From Octopus sinensis (taxonomy: Eukaryota), in contig NC_043017.1 in assembly GCF_006345805.1 (NCBI RefSeq), positions 7,130,001-7,194,000 of the forward strand: 64,000 bases of DNA. Direction: 5' to 3'. The position numbers and the translations under genes are program-made. The notes under the pieces are model-generated. The model worked only from the letters and a program-made list of their open reading frames with translations, searched no databases and had not been told where the DNA came from. How positions within the stretch are numbered: position 1 is the stretch's first letter; every line of letters begins with the position of its first letter. This document shows positions 38,495-49,925 of the stretch, in pieces.

Positions 38495-38681
38495 CCTTCC
38501 TGTACATCAGTGTCCAGCTGTAGTCATTATGACCAGTGTTTTCGCATTGGTCAGTTGACCGTGTCAGTTGTGATTGTACTCAGGGAAGGAGATTAAACTG
38601 TCAGGATTAAGACGTATGGGCCCAGTGCAACCTCTTTCTTAATGTTGAGTGACTGGTGTCTCGCACTCACCTGCTACATAG
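38495..38681 (+). ncRNA. Box H/ACA-like RNA, subfamily A, copy 9
   Basis: Full-length; AGATTA H box; ACA at 38676-38678. Confidence 0.75.
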
Positions 38682-39352
38682 CTTTTCCTGTGGGTTGTAT
38701 TGCTCTGGTGGCTTGCTGTCATCTCTTACAGGTTTTTCTTCAACCAGAGATATATGAAGCTTTGGTGTTTAGTGAAAAGGATTAGGTTTTTTTTTTACAT
38801 AATGTCTGTTGAATAAGAGAATACGCTTTGGTTTCCAAGTTATTTTATCCCCCATGATTGGTATGGCAGGAGAGGCTCTTCAGTTTTTCCTTCATGTGAC
38901 AGACTGTGGAGCACTGTCACCCCATCCAACCTGCTTCAGCGTCATAAGGCATACATAGACACACTGGTTGTACATCAAATGGCTATGGAGTTCCAGGAGA
39001 ATAGAACAGGAATCAAAGGGGTCCCTCGCCAAAAAAAAGTAGGAGCTACTGCTGTGGATTGAGTGCTGTTGCATTGCTGCCCAGAGCTAAACAGTAGATA
39101 GATCTATTGGTTTCAGTTACATTTGCATCTCTCTTCTGTGTATAACAGATTATGATTAGGCTGTTCTCAAAAACTTGTGAGCTCTCAGCTTTGTGGTCAA
39201 TTACAATCATAAGAACAAGCGTGAGAGAAACTGGGCAGTTGGTTTTAATGTCTAACTTTGTGTGTATGCATGATACATGTGAGTGTATATATTTGCGATG
39301 TACATGTGTGTATATTTCTTTTTACTGAAAGCATTTTTCTCTTTCATTTCAG

Positions 39353-39373
39353 GGCCAGATGATTCAGTTTTAA
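39353..39373 (+). CDS. RPL36A: RPL36A/eL42 coding exon 5 (GQMIQF*)
   Basis: Polypyrimidine acceptor ctttcatttcag; encodes the typical eL42 C-terminus GQMIQF-stop; spliced total is 106 aa. Confidence 0.92.
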   Translation, partial: GQMIQF

Positions 39374-39386
39374 AGTGTTTCTTAGG

Positions 39387-39392
39387 AATAAA
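39387..39392 (+). terminator. Polyadenylation signal of RPL36A
   Basis: AATAAA starting 14 nt after the stop, followed by a GT/T-rich downstream element. Confidence 0.75.
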
Positions 39393-40210
39393 TGTGAAAG
39401 AGAACTATTGTTTCTTGTTTTATTTTGTTTTTTAAACCTGTGTTTCAAATCCAGTCCAGGTGGGAAGATTTATTGACCAAAGTCTATATATCTTGGTGTA
39501 ACTATTTACATTTCTGAAAGTGATTGACGGGGGGTGAGGGCATGGAAATGAAGGTGTGTGGGTGCCCGGTATTTAGTGTTCAGAAAGGGATGGATTTGTA
39601 GGTCTCTTTCACAGTGAAAGGGTTCACAACTTCAGTGCAGGTAATGCCTTTTTTTTCTACCATATTTCTATTGACAGTCTATCTTTGTTCCAATTAATTT
39701 CCAAAATACTGATGAATTTAATAAGCATGTCACAAAAGTCAATATTAAAAATATTGGTGTAACCGTATTACTTTACTCCACACTATAGAGCAGGTCCTGC
39801 TTGAACTGTACCCATCCTTGGATCTCGGGCTTAAATGTGGCCCAAGGGTATCTTTACTGGAATTCCCTTCACTATCAATATTCAAGCCAGCTACTTACAT
39901 GAAATTATCCTTACATCACAGCCATTTAATGCAAAAAGAAAGATTTTTATGCAAACAATTTTGGCAACAAAAGGGTTGACCCTTTTGTTGCCAAATTTGA
40001 ATTTTTGAGGGGAAATTTTAAAAACTAAGTTGCCCTATTATATTCGGCTGATCGTCAGAGTTTTACTGCACATAGCAATTCAGTTTTGGCATGAAAAAAG
40101 TTTATAATTGCATGTGTGTTAATAAGAAAAGTTCAACTTTCAAGTTAGTATATAAAGATTTTAGTAATTTAATGAAATGAAATGAAATTGAATTTTGAAA
40201 TGAACAGGGC

Positions 40211-40296
40211 TCATAATCGTTTTTTTCTCTCTTCTTCTGTGATATACGGGAGGCACTTCATGTGAAAGCGAGGACACTGGATTCTTATCAGTTCAT
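40211..40296 (-). CDS. FBXO3: FBXO3 coding exon 11 (terminal)
   Basis: (D)ELIRIQCPRFHMKCLPYITEEERKKRL*; PRFHM motif; spliced CDS is 1236 nt, 411 aa. Confidence 0.9.
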
Positions 40297-41203
40297 CTGT
40301 GAAGTAAAAGAGAAGTGATTTATATGGGTTGGAGATAATCAGGATAACATAAGAAACATTTCATTGAAGCAGTTTATATGGCAAAAACAGATCAAATGGC
40401 AAGTGTTCATGAAACTTAATATAACACCTGCTATTTGATCCCTGTTTCTGCCATATAAACTGCTTCAATGAAATGTTGCTTATGTTAGGTCCTATAATTC
40501 AGAAGCGTCTTGGCTTGTTGATGTGGATCAAAACCTCTGCAATAACATCATCAACACTGTCTATTCTACCCTTGTCAGACGAAGTTTATTGAGGCAGATT
40601 TTCTACCAGATGCTCTGCTTGTATGACAGTGACCCTCATTTACAACTAGCACACGAGTTTCCTTTGGTCGAGTTGGGCCTTGCCCAAGGTGGTTGTGAAG
40701 CATGGGTCTCTTGAAGTTTGGTTCGTCAGCTTTTGAAGCTGGAAACTGTTTAAGTAGTTTAAATAACAAGTTGCCACAATAGTGGGTGATTTAGGGGTTA
40801 GGTGGTTGCTGATGAAGGAGCAAAAGCTCCCACAATATGACATACATGCCCATTATCCATTTTTTTCATCTGACATCTCAGATACAAAATGTGCTGGCTA
40901 TAATTTGTATAGAACATTTGGAGAGATAACCGTAACAAGGTTTCAGAATGCTAATGGATGGAAAAGGTCAAATGAACACACTACTTTCTTACCAGGCTAC
41001 AAATTTGGGGTGACAGAGAAGAAAATGTTTGTGTAAGATGTTGCACTATTTCACTTTTCTTTTTCTGCATTGTAGACAATTATATAAGAAATTAATGGAT
41101 TTCTTTCCTTACACTTAATGAAAAGGGCTTCTATTTTTAAGAACCTTTAAGTGGTGTGAAAAAAGAAGAAAAGGTTTAGAATATAAAAGAAATTATCACT
41201 TAC

Positions 41204-41317
41204 CTGTTGCATAGATGAGCATTGTGAAAAAGCCCACCATATTTCCATATGTTGTATTGAAGGTGACACAACTAACCCACGAAAATTCAACTCCAGGTCT
41301 CATTATAGGGTATTTAC
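41204..41317 (-). CDS. FBXO3: FBXO3 coding exon 10 (ApaG)
   Basis: KYPIMRPGVEFSWVSCVTFNTTYGNMVGFFTMLIYAT. Confidence 0.93.
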
Positions 41318-42465
41318 CTGCAAAGGAAGAGGTGATTTTTTTAAATTTTAATATTGTGTGGTCGTTGCCAGTGCTGCCTAATTAGCTCCGGTGACACGTA
41401 AAAAGCATCACTGCCGCCGAACTGGCATAAAAACCACCCACTACACTCTCGGAGTGGCTAGCGTAAGGAAGGGCATCCAGTTGCAGAAACTCTACCAGAT
41501 CAGATTTGAGCCTGGTGCAGCCTTCAGTCAAACCGTCCAACCCATGCCAACATTGAAAGCGGACGTTAAACGAGGATGCATGCATTCACTCAGATTACAC
41601 TACATTTTGCCTAGATGCCGTAGTCTTTATCTCCATTAAAGACGTTTCATCTTTACATCAGCTGACGGTTAAGGCTGACTCGGAAACGACGTCACTAAGT
41701 TAATTAATACTTGGCAAGTAGGGGAGACAACTCTAGAGATATTCTTAGTGTTAAGATTATCCTCAGGGAAGTATATTTGTTTAATGTTCTGGTCGGAATT
41801 TTGATGATTGAACAAACAGTAACAATAGCAAAGAATAATTGCTTAGAAAAATGACAAACGTTAATTGTTAAGACGTATCATGCCCGATTCTTTAGGAAGT
41901 GACAAACAATGGGAGGCTTGGCTCTTATTTAAAATATATGCCTTCCACTTATTGTATTTCGATAAAGATTAGTGGTGCGACCTATCCACTGGACGTCTGA
42001 AGTAGACGGCGGGCGCGTACTCTGGGCCTGGGCTTTTCAGTTTTAAAAATTGCAAACCGTAAGTATATTAACGTTAAAAAAAGGGTCATGTAACTCCCCA
42101 AATTATAATGCGATCCATCCGAAAATATGTACAGTAAATCCATTCACGAGGCTTTGGTCGGCCTTTTCTATTTCAAGCCAAGGTAACAACGGAATATAAT
42201 AAATACTGGATGAGCCTTGTGAAGGAGACAACAAAAGGCCGAGATATCTGGTGGCTTTGCTGTACTCAAGACATGTCCACCATGGCAGAATTGATGCTGG
42301 CGTTGCATAAAATCGCCCAGCACATTCCGTAAAATGATTGGCATTAGGAAGGGCATGTAACCATAGAAACCAATCCAGAATAAACAATAAAGCCTGGTGC
42401 AAGCCCTGACCGTACCAGCTGGAAAAGCGGATGTTAAATGATGAAAGAAACAAAGATTACTTTAC

Positions 42466-42581
42466 CTACAACACCTGGTCCACTGATTCGGTCTTCTATT
42501 CCATTTTCATCGGTGCTAATCCAATGCCGAGAGATTAACTGACATGATTTAGATTTTGGTGCGTCTTCAAACATGGACATC
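42466..42581 (-). CDS. FBXO3: FBXO3 coding exon 9 (ApaG)
   Basis: MSMFEDAPKSKSCQLISRHWISTDENGIEDRISGPGVV(G), ApaG QL.SRHW...G.GVVG motif. Confidence 0.94.
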
Positions 42582-42963
42582 CTATGAAACAACAAAAAAT
42601 AAAGTTTATGAACAAATGTCATTATCATCATCGTTTTAACGTCTATTTTTCCATGCTTGCATGGGTCAGGTGGAATTCATTGAAGCAGATTTTCTACAGC
42701 TGGATGCCATCCCTGTTTCCAAACAAGGTAATGCATTTTCTTCGTGGTTGGGCATGTCATTTGTTTCCAATCTTCTGTAAAAGAAAACATGCCCAGCCAT
42801 GAGGAACCCTTGTTTGGAATCAGGGATGGCATCCAGCTATAGAAAATCTGCTTCAATGAATTCCACCTGACTGTTGTCTGCTAGACTATTCATCAATCGT
42901 TGCAGATTTTATATTCTTTTGAAAATTCCAGCAAGACAGAATATAAGAGAGAGAGAGGCTTAC

Positions 42964-43098
42964 GTGATGCGATATGTGAAAAAAAACTCCGGTGGACTTG
43001 TCATGCTTATCATGCTAAGTTCTGGGTGGAAACAAGTGCTGACTTTTACAGAGAACATGTTATCAGTCACTGCAACGGTACCAGGTTCATGGTAAAAT
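42964..43098 (-). CDS. FBXO3: FBXO3 coding exon 8 (start of ApaG domain)
   Basis: FYHEPGTVAVTDNMFSVKVSTCFHPELSMISMTSPPEFFFTYRI(T). Confidence 0.93.
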
Positions 43099-44252
43099 CT
43101 GAAAAAGAAAATAATAATAACTAAAGCAGTTAAGATTGTTTAATACTTTCATAGCAATATTTCTGATGAAATTAATCCATTAACTGCCAAATTATTTTAT
43201 TCATATTTTGGGGGCTTTGCCAGGTGTCTTAGGAGTTAATATAATTTATAGTATTTAAATTGCCTTCATGTGTGAATTATTTTGGAAATAATGATAAATT
43301 TTTCAAAAAGTCTCAAATGGGGATTGCTGAAAAAAAAGAATATTTATCCTTTTCTATTCAATTGCAATAATAAACATTTTAGTTTTTTCTTCTTTTGAAA
43401 CTATAGTATCAAATGCGAATGTTTATGAAATATCAATGAATGATATAGATGGGAACGGCAAAAAAACAAAAAAAAATGTTCAAAACTGTCAATATTTTTG
43501 TAGTTCAAAAATTGCGATTTACGACATAAAATGTCCTCTGGAATTAGGCAGAGCTAATAATGACCAACTTTAACTACTAAATATTGTTAAACACACCAGG
43601 CAAAATGATTACTGGTATTTCAACCATCTTTATCCTGAGCTCAAATTTGCCTTGCATTCTTTTTTTTTTTTTTTGGAGGGGGGAGGGATCTATAAAAGTA
43701 CCAGTTGAATACTGGAGTTGATGATTTGCTGGCAGAATATGTTGGGCTAAATGCTTAGCAGCATCTCATCTGTCTTTACGTTCTGAGCTCAAATTTTGAC
43801 TATGGTGTATATATAGAGAGAGAGACAGATATGTCTGAAGTGCTCAGCCACTTGCACGTTAATTTCACGAGCAGGCTGCTCCGTTGATTGGAACACTCGT
43901 CGTCGTAACCGACGGAGTGCCGGTCTTAACCTAACAACTACAACGGCACTCACGAGTCAAGGAAGAGTTATTTCCCTTGCGTTGAACATAATGGAAACCA
44001 ATCTTTATGATGTTTGACAATTTCAAAGTTACTTTTGTAGTAAAAGTGACAAAAGACGTTTTAGGACAGCGTCTTTCATCATACTGTACTTGCTAATGCC
44101 CACCGTCGTTAATTTCCTCATATTTTTCAGTTTAAGAATAAAAAAAAAGGTCAAATGTGGCCGTTTATTATTCTTAGAGTTAAATATATACGTAGGAGTG
44201 AGAAGTAAAAAAACAAAAACAATTCCCCACCTTAGGTTGAAAATTTGGGAGC

Positions 44253-44600
44253 TCAATAGTCTCTAATGGCAAGGCTGATGCACTGGAACAACCAAGCACC
44301 ATCACAAGCTTCACCAGTTAGCTCTGCGAGGTGAGCTGCCAGTGAAGACAGGAACCTCGCAGTCAGTGGTCCGACCCCACCAAACGTCTCGAATGCCACA
44401 GGATGGAAAATGTAGTTGGCTGACAGATTGCAGTACTTCAGGATTTTGTTCCACTCAGCTGCAGAAGCTGTGTATCTCGCCCTGGCTGCAGCATCCGGGA
44501 TGAGAAGAAGCAAAGGAATCGCTAACTGTGACTTTCTAGACAAGGCATCTGTCTCTCAACCAGGACCACAGGGTGATGCCATCAGGTCAATCCTTCGCCA
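44253..44600 (-). mobile_element. Non-LTR retrotransposon C-terminal restriction-like endonuclease fragment (CRE/R2-type)
   Basis: AAE..K..KY..L...YIFHPVAFETFG..G.....FL...LFQ.IS.AI pattern; lies in FBXO3 intron 7. Confidence 0.75.
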
Positions 44601-45425
44601 TTTAAACTAGCTAAGTCCACCCCCAAATATTCTACCTGTTTTATGTTCAAACTGGCCGGATCTGGCCTCTTACACTTCTGTTACAATGTCATTCTAAACT
44701 TAAACAGTCACATTATTGAAATCTTGAAGCTACAAGATAATGCATGATTAATCGAAAACAATGTGGATAAATAAGGATTACATTTGACAGAATAATCTGA
44801 AGACTAAAGGGTTAAATATAAGTAAAGTTTCACAAATCGAAATAAACCACACAATCAATGTTTCGTTCCAGTTTCCGTACCATAAAGCAACTAAGACATA
44901 CAACTCCCTTTTTCACTACATCAAGTGAAATACATTTATCCATCTCTATTCTTTTCCTTACTTCAACCAAAGCAGATACCTTCCATGGCACAGCACTTCT
45001 TCCTCTGAGTAAATCATTCATAAAGAAAATGTCTGTGGTAAGAAGCTTGCATCCCAACCACATGGTTCCAGGTTCAGTCCCACCACATAGCACCTTGAGC
45101 AAGTGTCTTTTTCGACAGCCTAGGGCCGACCAAAGCCTTGTGAGTGGATTTATTAGACAGAAACTGAAAGAAGTCCATTGTATATATATGTGTGTATATC
45201 TATGTACTTGTGTTTGTCAACAGGTGTTGGTGTGTTTACATCCCCGTAACTTAGTGGTTTGGCAAAAGAGACCAACAGAATAAGTACCAGGCATAAAAAT
45301 TTAAAAAAAAGAAATCCTGGGGTTGATTTGTTTGACTAAAACTCTTCAAGGCGATGCTCCAGCATGGCCACAGTCAAACGAGTGAAACAAGCAAAAAATA
45401 AAAGTATGTAATTGTTGTAACTCAC

Positions 45426-45510
45426 CGATACATTTTGTTGTCAATAATGGAGAAGCGACCGTTTTGCAAGGTCTCTGCAAATTGTGTGAGCCACCGTAGA
45501 TAGGAGTTTG
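45426..45510 (-). CDS. FBXO3: FBXO3 coding exon 7
   Basis: (A)NSYLRWLTQFAETLQNGRFSIIDNKMY(R); donor GTGAGT; phases 1/2. Confidence 0.88.
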
Positions 45511-46310
45511 CTGTGACAAGAGGAATAAATTTAAAAGAAAAAAAACATTCAAAATAGACATAAAAGAAATATCTTTGTTGTTAAGGCTTAAAAAAATTTA
45601 TAATTTTGCTTCAGAGGCACAAGTGTGGCAGTGCAGTTCAGAAGCTTCTTTTGCAACCATAAGATTTACAGTTCAGTCTCTCAGCGTGGCACCTTAGGCA
45701 GCAAGTTTTTTCTACTCTAGTCTGGAGCCAATAATTGCCTTGTAAGTGAACTTGGTAGATGAAAAATATGCGGAAGCCCATCATAAATTATAATAAATAG
45801 TCATCGATTTATAATAATAGTGGTCGTCATCATCAATATTATTATTAAGGCAGTGAGCTGGCAGAATCGTTAGCATGCTGGGACAATTGCTTAGTGGCAC
45901 TCCGTTCGAATTCTGCCAAGCTCAACTTTGCCTTTCACCCCTTTTGGGGTTGATAAAATAATTACCAGTTGAGCACTGGGGTCAATATACTTGACCTAGT
46001 CCCTCCACTAAACTTGCCGGCCTCATGCCAAAGTTTGAAATCATTATTATTATTATTTAATTTCCGTTTTTGATCCTGGCAATAGTTCGACGGGAACTAT
46101 TTTACTCAGGGGATTCGGCCCTTGTAGCTATTTGATCTTCAAAAGATTCAATTATACTTTTGTAATTAAATATCATTACAAATTCTATAAAAATATTTTG
46201 TGCATTGTAGGATTATAACTAATTTATTGCAGAAAAATTTTAACGACAATGTCGTAATATGGACCCCCAAAGGTCATAAGAACCATTGATCTAAACAATG
46301 TTGCTCTTAC

Positions 46311-46464
46311 CTGAAATAAATACATTCCCTCGTTGTACATAATGGACGTGGTAGAAAATGGTGCTGACTGGCAGGTCACACTTATCGGAGATTACCAGAT
46401 ACTGGCAGACATTCGACCTGGAACAATCAGTGATTTGGCAACATCCACGAAGCATCCCACGTTC
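46311..46464 (-). CDS. FBXO3: FBXO3 coding exon 6
   Basis: ERGMLRGCCQITDCSRSNVCQYLVISDKCDLPVSTIFYHVHYVQRGNVFIS; open frame, phases 0/1. Confidence 0.85.
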
Positions 46465-47285
46465 CTAAAGCAAGATGGCATCAGAAAGAGAAAGAAGAAA
46501 CACGATTATTGGAAATATTGTGTTATGGTCATCTCTATGTAATTTTGACTGTAACCCATGGTTTAAGTGCACTGCTAACACAGCAGGACATGGTATTGGC
46601 TTATGAAAATGTTTAATGTACTTTGTAGCAAATTATGGTTGCATGCTGTGTGCCTACAAGTCGTTAGAAATATTGGTAATTACATTTATATAGGTGCAGG
46701 CCTGGCTGTGTGGTTGAGAAGTTTGTTCTCCAATCATATGGTTCTGGGGTGCACCTTGGGTAGATGTCCTCAGCTATAGCACCAGGCTGAGCAAAGCCTC
46801 AAGAGTGGAGTTGGTAGATGGAAACTGAAAGAAGCTCACCATGCATGGGTGTGAATGTGTGTATAGGTGTATATATGTGTGCCAGTCTCCTTTCCTTGAC
46901 ATCGTATGACAGTTGTAAATGAATGCTACCATGTTGGAAGCAGTTCCTTCGTTTGGCTTTTGTGGAAATATTTTTGGCCACAGGGAAATATCACTTCACT
47001 TGGAAACACACAAGGGTTCATGACGGGGTGAATACATGGATGAGTGTGTGCATGTGTGTGAGAGAGAGAGAGATGGTGTCTTCTTGTTTTGACATCTTGT
47101 GATGGTTGTTACCATTATACAAGCAGAATCCATTTCCAATCTGCCATGTAAACATGTCTGGTCCCTGGTGGGATGAAATATTACCTTACATGGAAACATG
47201 AAGGGCACCCAGCCATAGAAAATCTGCCTCCAAGTGAACATTAAAATGACGACGATGATGATGATGAAAAACAGTCAACTCTTAC

Positions 47286-47367
47286 CGCATAACTCATCTT
47301 TATGGAAGCTAGTGGAAGAAGTTTCTCACAGACTGCATGGTCAGCTATTTGTACCATTCCCAAAACT
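47286..47367 (-). CDS. FBXO3: FBXO3 coding exon 5
   Basis: VLGMVQIADHAVCEKLLPLASIKMSYA; phases 2/0 fit both neighbours. Confidence 0.88.
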
Positions 47368-48439
47368 CTGGAAAGAGACACAGAGATACATTGTCATAAG
47401 AAACATATTTTGGAATTTAAAAAAAAAAGGAGAAAATAGACAGCTCCTGACAAGGGAAGTTTGATAAAATAATATTTCAGGCACAAAGGCCCATTTTCAG
47501 AAGAAAAGAACGGTCTAAAAATAAAAGTTCAGTTATGTAGGATCTGTTAATCCATTCAAATTTGAATGGATTAACGGATCCTACATAACTGAACTTTTCT
47601 TAGACTGCTCTTAAACACACCAACACTGGCTGTCTCATAAAAGCATCCTGCAGCTGGCCCAAGACTGTAGCCATGAAAGTCCAACCAAAGCCTTGCAAGA
47701 AGATTTAGTACACAGAATTATTATTATTATTATTATGACGTAAGGCAGTGAGCTGGCAGAATCATTACCACGCTGGATGAAATGCTCAGTGGTGTTTCAC
47801 CCATCACTACATTCTGAGTTCAAATTTGCCTTTGATCCTTTCGAGGTCAATAAATTAAGTACCAGTGAAACACTGGGGTTGATGTAATCAACTAATCCTC
47901 TACCTTCAAATTTTAGGCCTTGTGCCTATAATAGAAAGGATTATTATTATTATTTATGTACCGGTGACACATAAAAAGCACCAACTGATCATGACACATA
48001 AAAAGTACCCACTACACTGACAGAGTGGTTGGCGTTAGGAAGGGCATCCAGCTGTAGAAACACTGCCAGATCTGACTGGAGCCTGGTGCAGCCTCCTGGC
48101 TTCCCAGACACCGGTCGAACCATCCAACCCATGCTGGCATGGAAAACGGGCATTAAATGATGATGATGACTACTACAACTACTACTTCTGACCAATGGCA
48201 GTAGTAGAGTGATGGACTGACAGAATGGTCAAATTGTTGGACAAAATGGTTTCTGGTATTTAGTTATGGGGTTTCACATTCTGATTTCAAACCCTGCTGA
48301 AATCAATTTTGCCTTTTATCCTTCTGGGGTGAAGGAAACAAAATACCAGTCAAGTTCTGGGAGTCAATGTAATTATCTAACTCACTCCCATAAAATATTC
48401 ACTGGGTTCATATCCAAATTACAAACGGCAATTACTTAC

Positions 48440-48557
48440 CCAAGATATTCTGTTAGGGATTCTCCATTGTGAAAGCTCAGGGAGCATCTTAGATCTTTCG
48501 GTAGGGGACATCCAATGTATTCTTCAGCTTCAGCAAGTTCCTTCTCTCCAGCTGGAC
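48440..48557 (-). CDS. FBXO3: FBXO3 coding exon 4 (SMI1/KNR4 domain)
   Basis: GPAGEKELAEAEEYIGCPLPKDLRCSLSFHNGESLTEYLG with the E..IGC.LP.D.RCS...HNG motif. Confidence 0.93.
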
Positions 48558-48859
48558 CTACAATGATACAACAATTATTAAAAACTTATAGAAACAGTAA
48601 TAAAGCAAGAACTGCCAGGCATGGCTGTGCAGTTAAGAAGAATCACTTTGTAACCATTTGAGTTTGTGTTCGGTACTACTGTACAGCACCTTGGGAAAGT
48701 TTCGGAATCACTGGTCCATGGTACTCACTTGCCTGTTTGGTTCTCAAGAAATCAAGAAAACCAATACCAGACAGACAAAATACTGGGACCAAATGTAATC
48801 TACTAAAAAGAAAATTAACAATTCTTGAAGTTGGTGCTCTCTCTCTAGCATGGCCATAG

Positions 48860-49065
48860 TCCAGAAATATAGCATCAGTGGTGCTTTTCCCTGGCACAAA
48901 CCCAAACTGCATCTCATCTAGGCTGATTCTCTCTCCCTAATTAGTTGGGCTATGAACTTCTTCATTACCTGATCCAACAACTTGATACCTCTGTAATTAT
49001 TTGTATCTAAAGTGTCACCTTTACCTTTGTAGCAGTTGACTATGGTGCTGCTACTGTGATACCAT
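48860..49065 (-). mobile_element. LINE (RTE-like) reverse transcriptase fragment
   Basis: MQFGFVPGKSTTDAIFL motif; a further RTE-like piece (ARIRTSWPKFRELLP..KGRLY) at 58078-58190. Confidence 0.75.
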
Positions 49066-49770
49066 GTGGACTGAGGTCCCCATTGACAGGCCACTGATAT
49101 TAGCCTTCTTAATAAAGGTACTATTTAGAAAGGTGAAGCTCCCTTCAGTCATGAATGACCATGGGATTGCTCCTAGAAAGTTCCTCTTTGAGACACAAGT
49201 CCAGGCAAGGTTATTTATGGGAGCCCAGCAGTCGCCCATGCATACCAGCCTCTCCTCTCCACACTACTGATGTTATCCAAGGGAAAGGCAAAGGGGCCAA
49301 TACAGCTTGGTACCAGTGATGTCGCAACTCATTTCTACAGCTGAGTGGAACTGGAGCAACGTGAAATAAAGTGTCTTGCTCAAGAACACAACACACAGCC
49401 CAGTCCAGGAATCGAACTCACTGCCTTATGATTGTGAGCCCGAAGCTCTAACCACTGAGTCATGCGCCTATAATGATACTATATACATTGCGGGTGTGTG
49501 TGTGTGTACCCTTGTCATGACACCACATGATGGTTTTAAATGAGCATTCCTGTCATACAAGCAATATTTGTTTCTAGTCCGCCATAGAAGACATGTCTGA
49601 CCATGAGAAAAATATCACCTTGCTTGGGGACAGGAGTGGTCTGGCAACTGGAAAGGGCATCTGGCCAAAGAAAAACCATCCTCAGCAAATTCCATTTGCA
49701 AGGATGGAAAAGTGGAAGTTAAATGATCTCTCTCTCTCTCTCTCTCACACATGAATGGATGTAGACTTAC

Positions 49771-49925
49771 CAGCCAAGGAATTTTTCAAGAGAGGTACAT
49801 TTGTTTCTATATAATTCTCAATGGTTCTCCAAGCTCGCTTGATTTGTTTATAAATTGGTAGATATTTGCCATCTTTTATGTAGAGTTTCTTGAAGAAACT
49901 TCTCCAGGAGACATTCTCAGGACAT
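49771..49925 (-). CDS. FBXO3: FBXO3 coding exon 3
   Basis: CPENVSWRSFFKKLYIKDGKYLPIYKQIKRAWRTIENYIETNVPLLKNSLA resembles FBXO3 WKSLF..Y...GRY...Y..IKKAW; canonical splice sites. Confidence 0.92.
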
